From contig JASJAO010000016.1 in NCBI GenBank assembly GCA_030066975.1, positions 1-32,000 of the forward strand: 32,000 nt of DNA, in the 5' to 3' direction. The notes under the pieces are model-generated. The model saw only the letters and a program-made list of their open reading frames with translations. It was not told the origin of the DNA and did not search any database. This stretch comes from Henriciella sp. (GTDB lineage: Bacteria; Pseudomonadota; Alphaproteobacteria; Caulobacterales; Hyphomonadaceae). The translations under genes were made by a program, and so were the position numbers. Below, piece by piece: positions 24,547 to 32,000 of the stretch. Each line of letters opens with the position of its first letter. The first letter of the stretch is position 1.

Positions 24547-24830
24547 TCGGCGCTGCGGCACTGGCTTTTGTAATCGCGATCGCATTGATGCTGATCCGGG
24601 CGCTGTACGGGCCGACCCTGTATGATCGGGTTCTGGCTGTGAATTCGCTCGGGACAAAGATTATCCTGTTATTGGGCGTGATGGGCTTCTTGCTTGGGCG
24701 GCCGGACTTTCTTGATATCTCGGTGCTCTATGCGCTGATCAACTTTGTCGCGACAATCGCGATCCTGAAATTCTTCCGATACAGATCCTTCCAAGTGCCA
24801 CTGATCCGCAAGTCGGGGGACCGGCAATGA
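24543..24830 (+). CDS. mrpF: Mrp/Mnh antiporter subunit F
   Basis: 95 aa, three hydrophobic helices, YDRVLAVNSLGTKIILLL motif, ATGA overlap. Confidence 0.85.
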   Translation: MIGAAALAFVIAIALMLIRALYGPTLYDRVLAVNSLGTKIILLLGVMGFLLGRPDFLDISVLYALINFVATIAILKFFRYRSFQVPLIRKSGDRQ

Positions 24831-25183
24831 CAGAAATCATGGGCATTCTCATGCAGATCAAGCCGGTGCTTGGCGCTTTCCTATGCCTGGTCGGCGGTGT
24901 TCTGGCGATCATTGGTACCGTCGGGGTGCTGCGCTTCCCTGATTTCTATTCCCGCCTCCACGCCGCCAGCGTTATCGATACATCTGCGGCCACGCTGGCG
25001 ATTATCGGCATGATGCTGCTCGCACCGACCTGGCTGATCGTCTTTAAACTTGGCGTGGTTTGGCTGTTCCTGTTCCTGACCGGCCCGACCTCCAGCCATG
25101 CGCTTGCCAATGCCGCCCACACCGCCGGTGTCGAACCGCTGATCGGGCGACGTAATGGCGATGATGAAGGAGCTGATTCATGA
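24827..25183 (+). CDS. mrpG: Mrp/Mnh antiporter subunit G
   Basis: GTVGVLRFPDFYSRLHAASVIDT motif, ATGA overlap. Confidence 0.85.
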   Translation: MTEIMGILMQIKPVLGAFLCLVGGVLAIIGTVGVLRFPDFYSRLHAASVIDTSAATLAIIGMMLLAPTWLIVFKLGVVWLFLFLTGPTSSHALANAAHTAGVEPLIGRRNGDDEGADS

Positions 25184-25809
25184 GCGGCTATGAAGGCTCA
25201 GATCTGTTCATCGCACTGTTGAACATCACGCTCTTGTCGATCCTGTTCGTGATCGCGATTGCGATTGCGCGGCTTCGCAGCCTGTTTGCGATTGTCATGC
25301 TGTCGGGCATTTATTCCCTGGTTTCAGCGACATGGTTCGTCGCGCTCGATGCGGTGGATGTCGCGTTTACAGAAGCCTCGGTCGGTGCAGGCATCTCAAC
25401 GGCGCTGTTCCTCGGCGCGATGTTGCTGACCTCGCGAACCGCCAAGGCCGAAGAGGGCATTACCAAAATCGTCCCGCTCCTCGTGGTCATTGCGACCGGG
25501 GCGATGCTTGTCTATGCGAGCATCGATCTGCCTGCCTTTGGCGATCCAAACTCACCGGCGAACACACATGTCGGGGTTGAGTATCTGGAGCGAACCAAGC
25601 CGGAGATTGCTATTCCGAACGTCGTCACCGCGGTCCTGGCGAGCTATCGTGGCTTTGATACGCTGGGCGAGGTTGGCGTGGTGTTTGCTGCCGGTCTCGC
25701 CGTTGTCTTGCTGCTTGGCTTTGGGGAGCGGTCTCTCGGGGCGACCGTTCGCCAGAAAGATCGCGAAATCGATACAAACGCGAACCCGGGGGGCGAAGAT
25801 GAACGGTGA
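25180..25809 (+). CDS. DUF4040 / MrpA C-terminal-domain-like subunit (MbhD-like)
   Basis: LDAVDVAFTEASVGAGIST matches the DUF4040 signature. Membrane protein of 209 aa. Confidence 0.8.
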   Translation: MSGYEGSDLFIALLNITLLSILFVIAIAIARLRSLFAIVMLSGIYSLVSATWFVALDAVDVAFTEASVGAGISTALFLGAMLLTSRTAKAEEGITKIVPLLVVIATGAMLVYASIDLPAFGDPNSPANTHVGVEYLERTKPEIAIPNVVTAVLASYRGFDTLGEVGVVFAAGLAVVLLLGFGERSLGATVRQKDREIDTNANPGGEDER

Positions 25810-26251
25810 CCATCACGTCATTCTACGCGTTGTCGCCAAGGCGCTGATCCCGATCATCGCGCTGTTTGGCTTTTATGTGCACTTTCATGGCGAATACAGC
25901 CCCGGCGGCGGATTCCAGGCGGGCGTCATTCTGGCGGTCAGCATCATTCTTTACTCTCTGATCTTCGGAATTGCCCCGACGATGCGTGCGGTCACGCCCG
26001 GGTTTGCCCGCGCGGTCGCTGCGTTTGGCTTTCTGCTGTATACCGGCGTTGGTGTGGTTGCTCTGATCCGAGGCGGGAATTTCCTCGACTATGACGCCCT
26101 GATCCGGGACGAGCCCGGCGGGCATCTTGGCCAGCATGTCGGCATCATTGTGATTGAACTCGGCGTGCTGTTTGCCGTCGCCGGTTCGATGGTGACGATC
26201 TTCTATGCCTTTGCCGGCCGGGTCAGTGAAATCCGCGATGAGGACTGGTGA
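25799..26251 (+). CDS. mrpB: Mrp/Mnh antiporter subunit B
   Basis: Start trimmed to the ATG at 25799, giving an 11-nt overlap. ALIPIIALFGFYVHFHGEYSPGGGFQAGVILA is a MnhB signature. Confidence 0.85.
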   Translation: MNGDHHVILRVVAKALIPIIALFGFYVHFHGEYSPGGGFQAGVILAVSIILYSLIFGIAPTMRAVTPGFARAVAAFGFLLYTGVGVVALIRGGNFLDYDALIRDEPGGHLGQHVGIIVIELGVLFAVAGSMVTIFYAFAGRVSEIRDEDW

Positions 26252-26793
26252 ATATGGTTGAGTTTGTCCTCGAGCGCGGAAATTATTGGGCGATTATCGG
26301 CCTGATGATGATTGGGCTGTATATCGCGTTCGCCGCGACCAATCTGATCAAGCGCCTGGTTGGTCTCGGCCTGTTTCAGACCTCGATTATTCTGTTCTAC
26401 ACCTCGCTTTCACGCATCAGTGGAGGCACCGCACCGATCCTGTACGGCAAGGACTATAAGAGCAGCTATGAGGACAAGGACAGCCATGGCGAAACGGCTG
26501 CAAACGGCGCTGAGTATGCTGGTGAAGCCGCTACAGACGCGGCCTATGGCTACACCAATGCAGGGCTCGAAAACGTCTACTCCAATCCGCTGCCGCATGT
26601 TTTGATGCTGACCGCGATTGTCGTTGGGGTGGCGACGCTGGCGGTTGGACTGGCCATCATCGTACGCATTCGTGAGGCCTATGGCACGGTCGAGAGTGAT
26701 GAGATCCGCGAGATGGATTTGCAAGTGGCCCTAGCCGAGGCTCAGGACGAGGCGGACGAGCTGAGCCTGGCAAGCGGAGCGACGCGCGGATGA
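26248..26793 (+). CDS. mrpC: Mrp/Mnh subunit C (NuoK-like) with an enlarged TM2-TM3 loop and acidic tail
   Basis: TM1-TM2, then NPLPHVLMLTAIVVGVATLAVGLAII (TM3) as in MrpC. 181 aa against roughly 110 typical. Confidence 0.8.
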   Translation: MNMVEFVLERGNYWAIIGLMMIGLYIAFAATNLIKRLVGLGLFQTSIILFYTSLSRISGGTAPILYGKDYKSSYEDKDSHGETAANGAEYAGEAATDAAYGYTNAGLENVYSNPLPHVLMLTAIVVGVATLAVGLAIIVRIREAYGTVESDEIREMDLQVALAEAQDEADELSLASGATRG

Positions 26794-28322
26794 TCGAGAT
26801 GTTGAGTTCACTGGTGCCGGACACTGTTGCCGCGCACGCGCCAGCGCTGCTCGTCGTCGTGCCGATGATTACCGCACCGATCGCGGCGATGATGCCGAAC
26901 GGTCGGATTGCCTGGTTCCTCAGCCTGCTGGCGACAGCGGCGTCGCTGCTGATGGCGGTGGTGATCCTGTCTCAGGTGCGCTCTATCGAGGGCGGCGCTG
27001 TCCTGTCCTACGCGATGGGCGGCTGGGCGCCGCCAGCCGGGATTGAATTTCGCATCGACGGCTTGAACGCCATGGTCCTGTTGCTGGTGTCGATTATCGG
27101 TTTTCTGGCGACCATTTTCAGCTGGCCGAGCGTCAAAGCTGAAATTCGCGACGCTAAGATTGCGATGTTCTATTCGGCCTATCTGGTCTGCTTTACCGGT
27201 CTGTGCGGTGTGGCCTCGACCGGAGATGCGTTTAACCTGTTCGTCTTCCTCGAGATCTCCTCAATCGCGACCTATGTGCTGGTCGCGCTGGGGGCAGGCC
27301 AGGACCGGCGCGCGCTTCCGGCCGCCAGTCATTACCTGCTGCTTGGTACGATTGGGGCGTCGCTGTTCGTCGTCGGCGTGGGCTTCCTCTATGCGGCAAC
27401 CGGCACGCTGAACATGGCTGAGCTCTCGGTGATGCTGCCGCAAATCCCAAACAACAAGGCGGTGATGGCGGGCTATGCCTTTATCGTGGTCGGGCTGGGC
27501 ATCAAGGCGGCGATGTTCCCGCTGCATCAATGGCTGCCGAATGCCTATGCCTACAGTCCGAGTTTTGTGACGACTTTCCTGGCGGCGACCGCCACAAAAG
27601 TCGCGATTTATGCGCTGGTGCGCTTCCTGTTCACCGTGTTCGGACTGGAGTTCGTGTTCGAAGGCTCAACCCTGATCTGGGTGCTGATGCCGATGGGGAT
27701 AGCGGGCATGGTGGCCTGTTCGTTCCAGGCGGTCTTTCAGACGGATGTCCGCCGAACACTTGCTTATTCTTCGGTGGCCCAGGTCGGTTATATGTTGCTG
27801 GGCATATCGCTCGCGACTGCGGCCGGTGTTTCAGCAGGCCTGTTCCATCTGTTCAACCACGCGATCATCAAAGGCGCACTGTTCATGGCGCTGGCCGGTA
27901 TGGTTCTGTCGCATCAGGGGACAAGCCTGAACGATTGCCGCGGCATGGGCCGCACCGCGCCATGGACGATGACCGCATTTGCCATTTCCGGTCTGTCTCT
28001 GATCGGGGTGCCGCTGACGGCCGGGTTCCAGTCCAAGTTTGCGCTCGTCTCCGCGCTGCTCGACAGCGGCTGGTGGTGGGGCGCCTTGATCGTTGTGTTC
28101 ACCAGTGTGCTGGCTGTGATCTATATGGGGCGGATCCTTGAAGCGGTGTTCTTCAAGGCGCCGGTCAACCCGAATAAACGCCGCAAGGAAGCCCCGCTGA
28201 TGATCCTGATACCGCTCTGGATTTTGGCGATTTCGAATATCTGGATCGGGGTTCAGAGTGATTTTGTGTTCGGGCTGGCCCGTGATGCCGCGGCGATGTT
28301 GATCCTGGGAGGTCCGCAATGA
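26790..28322 (+). CDS. Antiporter-like subunit (MrpD/NuoN family)
   Basis: Proton-conducting membrane transporter family: FVFLEISSIATY (TM5 Glu), KAAMFPLHQWLPNAY (TM7 Lys), HLFNHAIIKGALFM. Confidence 0.88.
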   Translation: MIEMLSSLVPDTVAAHAPALLVVVPMITAPIAAMMPNGRIAWFLSLLATAASLLMAVVILSQVRSIEGGAVLSYAMGGWAPPAGIEFRIDGLNAMVLLLVSIIGFLATIFSWPSVKAEIRDAKIAMFYSAYLVCFTGLCGVASTGDAFNLFVFLEISSIATYVLVALGAGQDRRALPAASHYLLLGTIGASLFVVGVGFLYAATGTLNMAELSVMLPQIPNNKAVMAGYAFIVVGLGIKAAMFPLHQWLPNAYAYSPSFVTTFLAATATKVAIYALVRFLFTVFGLEFVFEGSTLIWVLMPMGIAGMVACSFQAVFQTDVRRTLAYSSVAQVGYMLLGISLATAAGVSAGLFHLFNHAIIKGALFMALAGMVLSHQGTSLNDCRGMGRTAPWTMTAFAISGLSLIGVPLTAGFQSKFALVSALLDSGWWWGALIVVFTSVLAVIYMGRILEAVFFKAPVNPNKRRKEAPLMILIPLWILAISNIWIGVQSDFVFGLARDAAAMLILGGPQ

Positions 28323-29830
28323 TCACAGGTGAATGGGCCATTCTCGCCGCGCTCGGCCTGCCGCTGATTATCTGCCTCGGCATTTATCTTGCCGGGAAAG
28401 TCCCTGATCTTCGCGAGGGCGTGACGCTCCTTGGCGCTGCTGCCTTGTTCGTGGTGGCGATCATCATCGCCGCTCAAGTGGCTGACGGAAATCCGCCGGA
28501 ACTGGAGCTTTGGGAAGCCTTGCCGGGGCTCAGCTTTGCGTTCAAGGCCGAACCGATCGGGGCTCTGTTCGCCCTGGTGGCGAGCGGTTTGTGGATCGTC
28601 AACAGCTTCTATTCGATCGGCTATATGCGCGGCAATCGTGAGCGTAATCAGACCCGGTTCTATATGTGCTTTGCCATCGCCCTGTTCGGGGCCATGGGCG
28701 TGGCCTTGTCGGCCAATCTGTTCACGCTGTTTGTGTTCTACGAGATTCTGACCCTGTCGACCTATCCGCTGGTCGCGCACAAAGGGGATGCCAACGCGCA
28801 GCGCGGGGCCCGCATCTATCTGATGACGCTTCTGGGCACTTCCATCGGCTTCCTGCTCGTCGCGGTGGTCTGGACATATACGCTCGCTGGAAGCCTTGAT
28901 TTCGTCCCGGGCGGTTTGCTGGCTCAGGTCGAGGACCTGTCGCCGGTGATTGCCAGCGTCCTGCTGCTGCTATTTGCCTTTGGGGTAGGGAAGGCAGCTC
29001 TGATGCCATTCCATTTCTGGCTACCGAATGCGATGGTGGCGCCGACACCGGTCTCGGCGCTCTTGCACGCGGTTGCCGTTGTAAAAGCCGGTGTGTTTAC
29101 CGTCCTCAAAGTGGCAATCTATATCTTCGGCGAGGATTTGCTGAACGAGACCGCGTCTCGGGATTTCCTGCTGGCGCTCGCCTGTTTCACCATCATCGTC
29201 GCCTCACTGGTGGCGATCACCAAAGACAATCTGAAGGCTCGCCTTGCTTATTCGACCGTGGCGCAGCTTGCCTATGTCACCTGCGGCGCGATGCTCGCCA
29301 CCAGTACCGGCTTCATGGGCGGGGCCTTGCAGATCGCGGCGCATGCGGCCGGCAAGATCACGCTCTTTATGTGCGCCGGGGCGATTTATGTAGCGACGGG
29401 CAAGACCAATATTTCCGAAATGAAGGGGCTCGGAAAGCGCATGCCGCTGGTCTTTATTGCCTTCTTTATCGCGTCCCTGTCGATCATCGGCATTCCGCCG
29501 CTCGCGGGCGATTGGCCGAAATATGAGCTGATGCAAGGCGCGGCGGATTCCGGGTCAGACTATGTTCCGTATGTGCTCATCCTGTCATCGCTGCTCAACA
29601 TCGCCTATTTGATCCCGATTTCGGTGGTCGCCTTGATGCCACCGCCCGGGTCACCCGAACCGGCCCCGTTCAAGCGGCCTGGCGGCGCGCCCATGTTGAC
29701 CGTGGCGGCACCCTGTTTCACCGCTTTGCTGTGTTTCGTCATGTTTTTTGGGGTCGGTCCGATCTCTGAATTCCTCGAACCGGTATTCTATGGTGTGACC
29801 AGCACTCAGGCTGAAGGAGGCATGCCATGA
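28319..29830 (+). CDS. mrpD: Antiporter-like subunit (MrpD/NuoM family)
   Basis: FVFYEILTLSTYPL, KAALMPFHFWLPNAMVAPTPVSALLHAVAVVKAG. Confidence 0.9.
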   Translation: MITGEWAILAALGLPLIICLGIYLAGKVPDLREGVTLLGAAALFVVAIIIAAQVADGNPPELELWEALPGLSFAFKAEPIGALFALVASGLWIVNSFYSIGYMRGNRERNQTRFYMCFAIALFGAMGVALSANLFTLFVFYEILTLSTYPLVAHKGDANAQRGARIYLMTLLGTSIGFLLVAVVWTYTLAGSLDFVPGGLLAQVEDLSPVIASVLLLLFAFGVGKAALMPFHFWLPNAMVAPTPVSALLHAVAVVKAGVFTVLKVAIYIFGEDLLNETASRDFLLALACFTIIVASLVAITKDNLKARLAYSTVAQLAYVTCGAMLATSTGFMGGALQIAAHAAGKITLFMCAGAIYVATGKTNISEMKGLGKRMPLVFIAFFIASLSIIGIPPLAGDWPKYELMQGAADSGSDYVPYVLILSSLLNIAYLIPISVVALMPPPGSPEPAPFKRPGGAPMLTVAAPCFTALLCFVMFFGVGPISEFLEPVFYGVTSTQAEGGMP

Positions 29831-30207
29831 CGGATCCACTTGAGCGGGATTCCAGCGGCCGGTTTGTGAAGCCGCCAGAGCAGACGCCGAATATGCCAAC
29901 CGGCGCCGACGATGTTCATCCTGTTGGACGCTTGCTGTTCGGCTGGGTTGAGAACAAACGCACGCCTAGCATCCTGCTGGGGCTGGTCGTTCTGGTCATT
30001 ATCGGCCTGACGGTGGCGGATCTCTTGGTTGATCGCCACGATTATTTCGACTTTGCCAATACTGTCTGGTTTTACAGCCTGTGGGGCTTTGGGGCCTTCG
30101 CCCTGGCGGTCCTGTCAGGTTGGCCGCTGGGGCATTTGCTGCGCCGGGACGAAGATTATTATGGTGAAGCTGAGACCCGCCCCGATGATGTGGAGGCGGA
30201 CGAATGA
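29827..30207 (+). CDS. Uncharacterised small two-TM protein embedded in the mrp-like operon
   Basis: 126 aa with ATGA overlaps on both sides. Two hydrophobic helices flanked by acidic termini. No family recognised. Confidence 0.55.
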   Translation: MTDPLERDSSGRFVKPPEQTPNMPTGADDVHPVGRLLFGWVENKRTPSILLGLVVLVIIGLTVADLLVDRHDYFDFANTVWFYSLWGFGAFALAVLSGWPLGHLLRRDEDYYGEAETRPDDVEADE

Positions 30208-31991
30208 GCAGCCTGGTTGGACACGTTAACCCAGGACTCGTCCTGGTCCTTGTCGGTATTCTCGGGTGTCTGATCCCGGTCCAGCGCGTGCGCCAGGCTC
30301 TGATGGTTGCAACGCCGATCGTCGCCTTGCTCTTGCTGGTCTTTGCTGAGCGGAACACCGATCTTGCGGTCTGGTCTGTTCTCGGCCTGGACCTTGTCAC
30401 CTATCGGGTCGACAGCCTCTCCTTTATTTTTGCGCTCGCCTTCCTGATCGCCTCCTTCCTGAACGCGATCTATGCCTTGCACAGCGATGACCGATTACAG
30501 GACGGGATGGCGCTGGCTTATGCCGGGGCAGCGGTTGCCGCGACGCTGGCGGGCGATCTGATGACGCTTTTCATCTTCTGGGAGATTACCGCCGTCAGCT
30601 CTGTGTTCCTGATCCTGAGGGCCGGCACCAAGGCCGCCTATCAGGCCGCCATGCGCTATCTCGGTATTCAGATTCTGTCCGGGGTCTTGCTGCTGGACGG
30701 CCTTGCTTATGTCTACAAATCGACCGGCAGCCTCGAACTCACCGCCTTTACCTCACTGGATCAGCCGGGCGCGCTGTTCATCTTCGTCGCTTTCGCGATC
30801 AAGGCCGCTTTCCCCTTCCTGCATAACTGGCTTCAGGACGCCTATCCGAAAGCGACCGTGGTCGGGGCAGTGGTCCTGTCCGCCTTTACCACAAAACTCG
30901 CCGTCTATGCGTTCGCACGGATGTTCCCGGGCTTTGAGATCCTGATCTGGATTGGCGCGATCATGACTGTCTTCCCGGTCTTCTTCGCGGTGATCGAGAA
31001 TGATCTGCGCAAGGTTCTGTCTTACTCGCTGAACAATCAGCTGGGCTTCATGATCTGTGCGATTGGCATCGGCACGCCGCTGGCACTGAATGGCGCGGCC
31101 GCGCATGCCTTTGCCCATATTATCTACAAAGGCCTGTTATTCATGAGCATGGGCGCAGTCCTCTATCGGGTGGGCACCGCGAAAGCGAGCGAGCTTGGCG
31201 GCCTGTGGCGATCGATGCCGTACACGGCGGTGTTCTGTATTATCGGGGCGATGTCGATTTCGGCCTTCCCGCTCTTCTCCGGCTTTGTCGCCAAATCACA
31301 GACGATGAGCGCCGTCGCCACCTTTAATAATGGCGAGTATATGATCGTCTGGCTGATGTTGCTTTTTGCCTCTGCCGGTGTGCTGGAGCATTCCGGGATC
31401 AAGATCCCATATTTCACCTTCTTCGGCCATGATGGCGGGCACCGGGTGAAAGAAGCCCCATTCAACATGCTGCTCGCGATGGGCCTCGCGGCCTTCATCT
31501 GTATCGCCATTGGCCTGCCGATGATGGGCGGACTTGGCTATGGCTGGTTGTATGATTTGCTGCCCTGTACGACATCAGCCGTCGCCGCCGACGTCTGCAA
31601 TGTGTCCGGCGTAGAGATCAAGGCCTACAACCCGTATACGCTTGACCATATCATCACACAGTTGCAGCTGCTTATGCTGGCTGTTCTCGCCTTCATGCTG
31701 CTCAAGCGATTTGGTCTCTATCCGCCGGAGCGACCGGGCACCATCCTCGATACGGACTGGCTCTACCGCAAACCAGGCTATGGTCTGGTCAAGTGGTTCG
31801 GCACCGTCTGGGGCAAGGTTGGACCAGCGATGACGGCGGTTTCCGGCAGTCTGGCGGTGGAGACATTTGCCCGTCTTGAGGCCGCCTTCAGCCCGCGCGG
31901 AACCCTCGCACGGGGCGGTCTGGTCAACGGGATGGCGGTCTGGTCAGCCGTCTTGCTCGGCCTTGTCATGCTGGTTGTTCTACTCGCCTAA
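30204..31991 (+). CDS. Antiporter-like subunit with a NuoL/MrpA-N-type C-terminal extension
   Basis: FIFWEITAVSSVF, KAAFPFLHNWLQDAY, HAFAHIIYKGLLFM. The C-terminal ~110 aa form an amphipathic stretch followed by a final TM (MAVWSAVLLGLVMLVVLLA), reminiscent of the lateral helix plus anchor. Confidence 0.85.
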   Translation: MSSLVGHVNPGLVLVLVGILGCLIPVQRVRQALMVATPIVALLLLVFAERNTDLAVWSVLGLDLVTYRVDSLSFIFALAFLIASFLNAIYALHSDDRLQDGMALAYAGAAVAATLAGDLMTLFIFWEITAVSSVFLILRAGTKAAYQAAMRYLGIQILSGVLLLDGLAYVYKSTGSLELTAFTSLDQPGALFIFVAFAIKAAFPFLHNWLQDAYPKATVVGAVVLSAFTTKLAVYAFARMFPGFEILIWIGAIMTVFPVFFAVIENDLRKVLSYSLNNQLGFMICAIGIGTPLALNGAAAHAFAHIIYKGLLFMSMGAVLYRVGTAKASELGGLWRSMPYTAVFCIIGAMSISAFPLFSGFVAKSQTMSAVATFNNGEYMIVWLMLLFASAGVLEHSGIKIPYFTFFGHDGGHRVKEAPFNMLLAMGLAAFICIAIGLPMMGGLGYGWLYDLLPCTTSAVAADVCNVSGVEIKAYNPYTLDHIITQLQLLMLAVLAFMLLKRFGLYPPERPGTILDTDWLYRKPGYGLVKWFGTVWGKVGPAMTAVSGSLAVETFARLEAAFSPRGTLARGGLVNGMAVWSAVLLGLVMLVVLLA

Positions 31992-32000
31992 TTATAGTTT

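Noticed and set aside
25490-26251. 253-aa version of the MnhB ORF starting at the TTG at 25490
   Set aside because: The first 103 codons overlap the DUF4040 gene in another frame. The MnhB homology begins at the ATG at 25799.
1-32000. Search for CRISPR arrays, tRNA/rRNA genes, IS elements, integrases and defence-system genes
   Set aside because: No spaced direct-repeat arrays, no tRNA-like T-arm/acceptor patterns, and no transposase, integrase or nuclease/helicase-type ORFs were seen on either strand.

Overview
Chromosomal window from a GC-rich (about 60% by eye) alphaproteobacterium. The gene content looks Caulobacter/Hyphomonas/Parvularcula-like: CtrA, a SciP-like protein, COX15 next to DUF2842, and DUF2336. 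I see no rRNA, tRNA, CRISPR array, transposase or integrase.

Layout:
- 1-10.3 kb, housekeeping: hslO, two DUF805 paralogs flanking a lipoprotein gene, gltX, a thioesterase-like gene, DUF2842, ctaA, a secreted protein, rplM-rpsI, argC, GNAT.
- 10.35-15.75 kb: an eight-gene minus-strand block, sciP-like, mini FliF-like, fliG, short FliH/FlbE-like, short fliN, flhF-like, flhG-like, ctrA.
- 15.9-24 kb, accessory-looking mix: Cys-less OxyR-like LysR regulator, small-ORF locus, TetR-SDR operon with an operator palindrome, several hypotheticals, MFS transporter, DUF2336.
- 24.06-31.99 kb: a ten-gene, fully overlap-coupled Mrp-like cation/proton antiporter operon in Mbh-like gene order.

The best candidate for something undescribed is the miniaturised flagellar-rotor-like module between sciP and ctrA. 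Its FliF-like protein is 214 aa and keeps only one ring-building core plus the FliG-binding tail. Its FlhF-like protein has a degenerate P-loop. No export-gate, rod/hook or stator genes are nearby. The unusual Mrp architecture is second. Many long ORFs in the track are antisense shadows of real genes in GC-rich DNA and were rejected.
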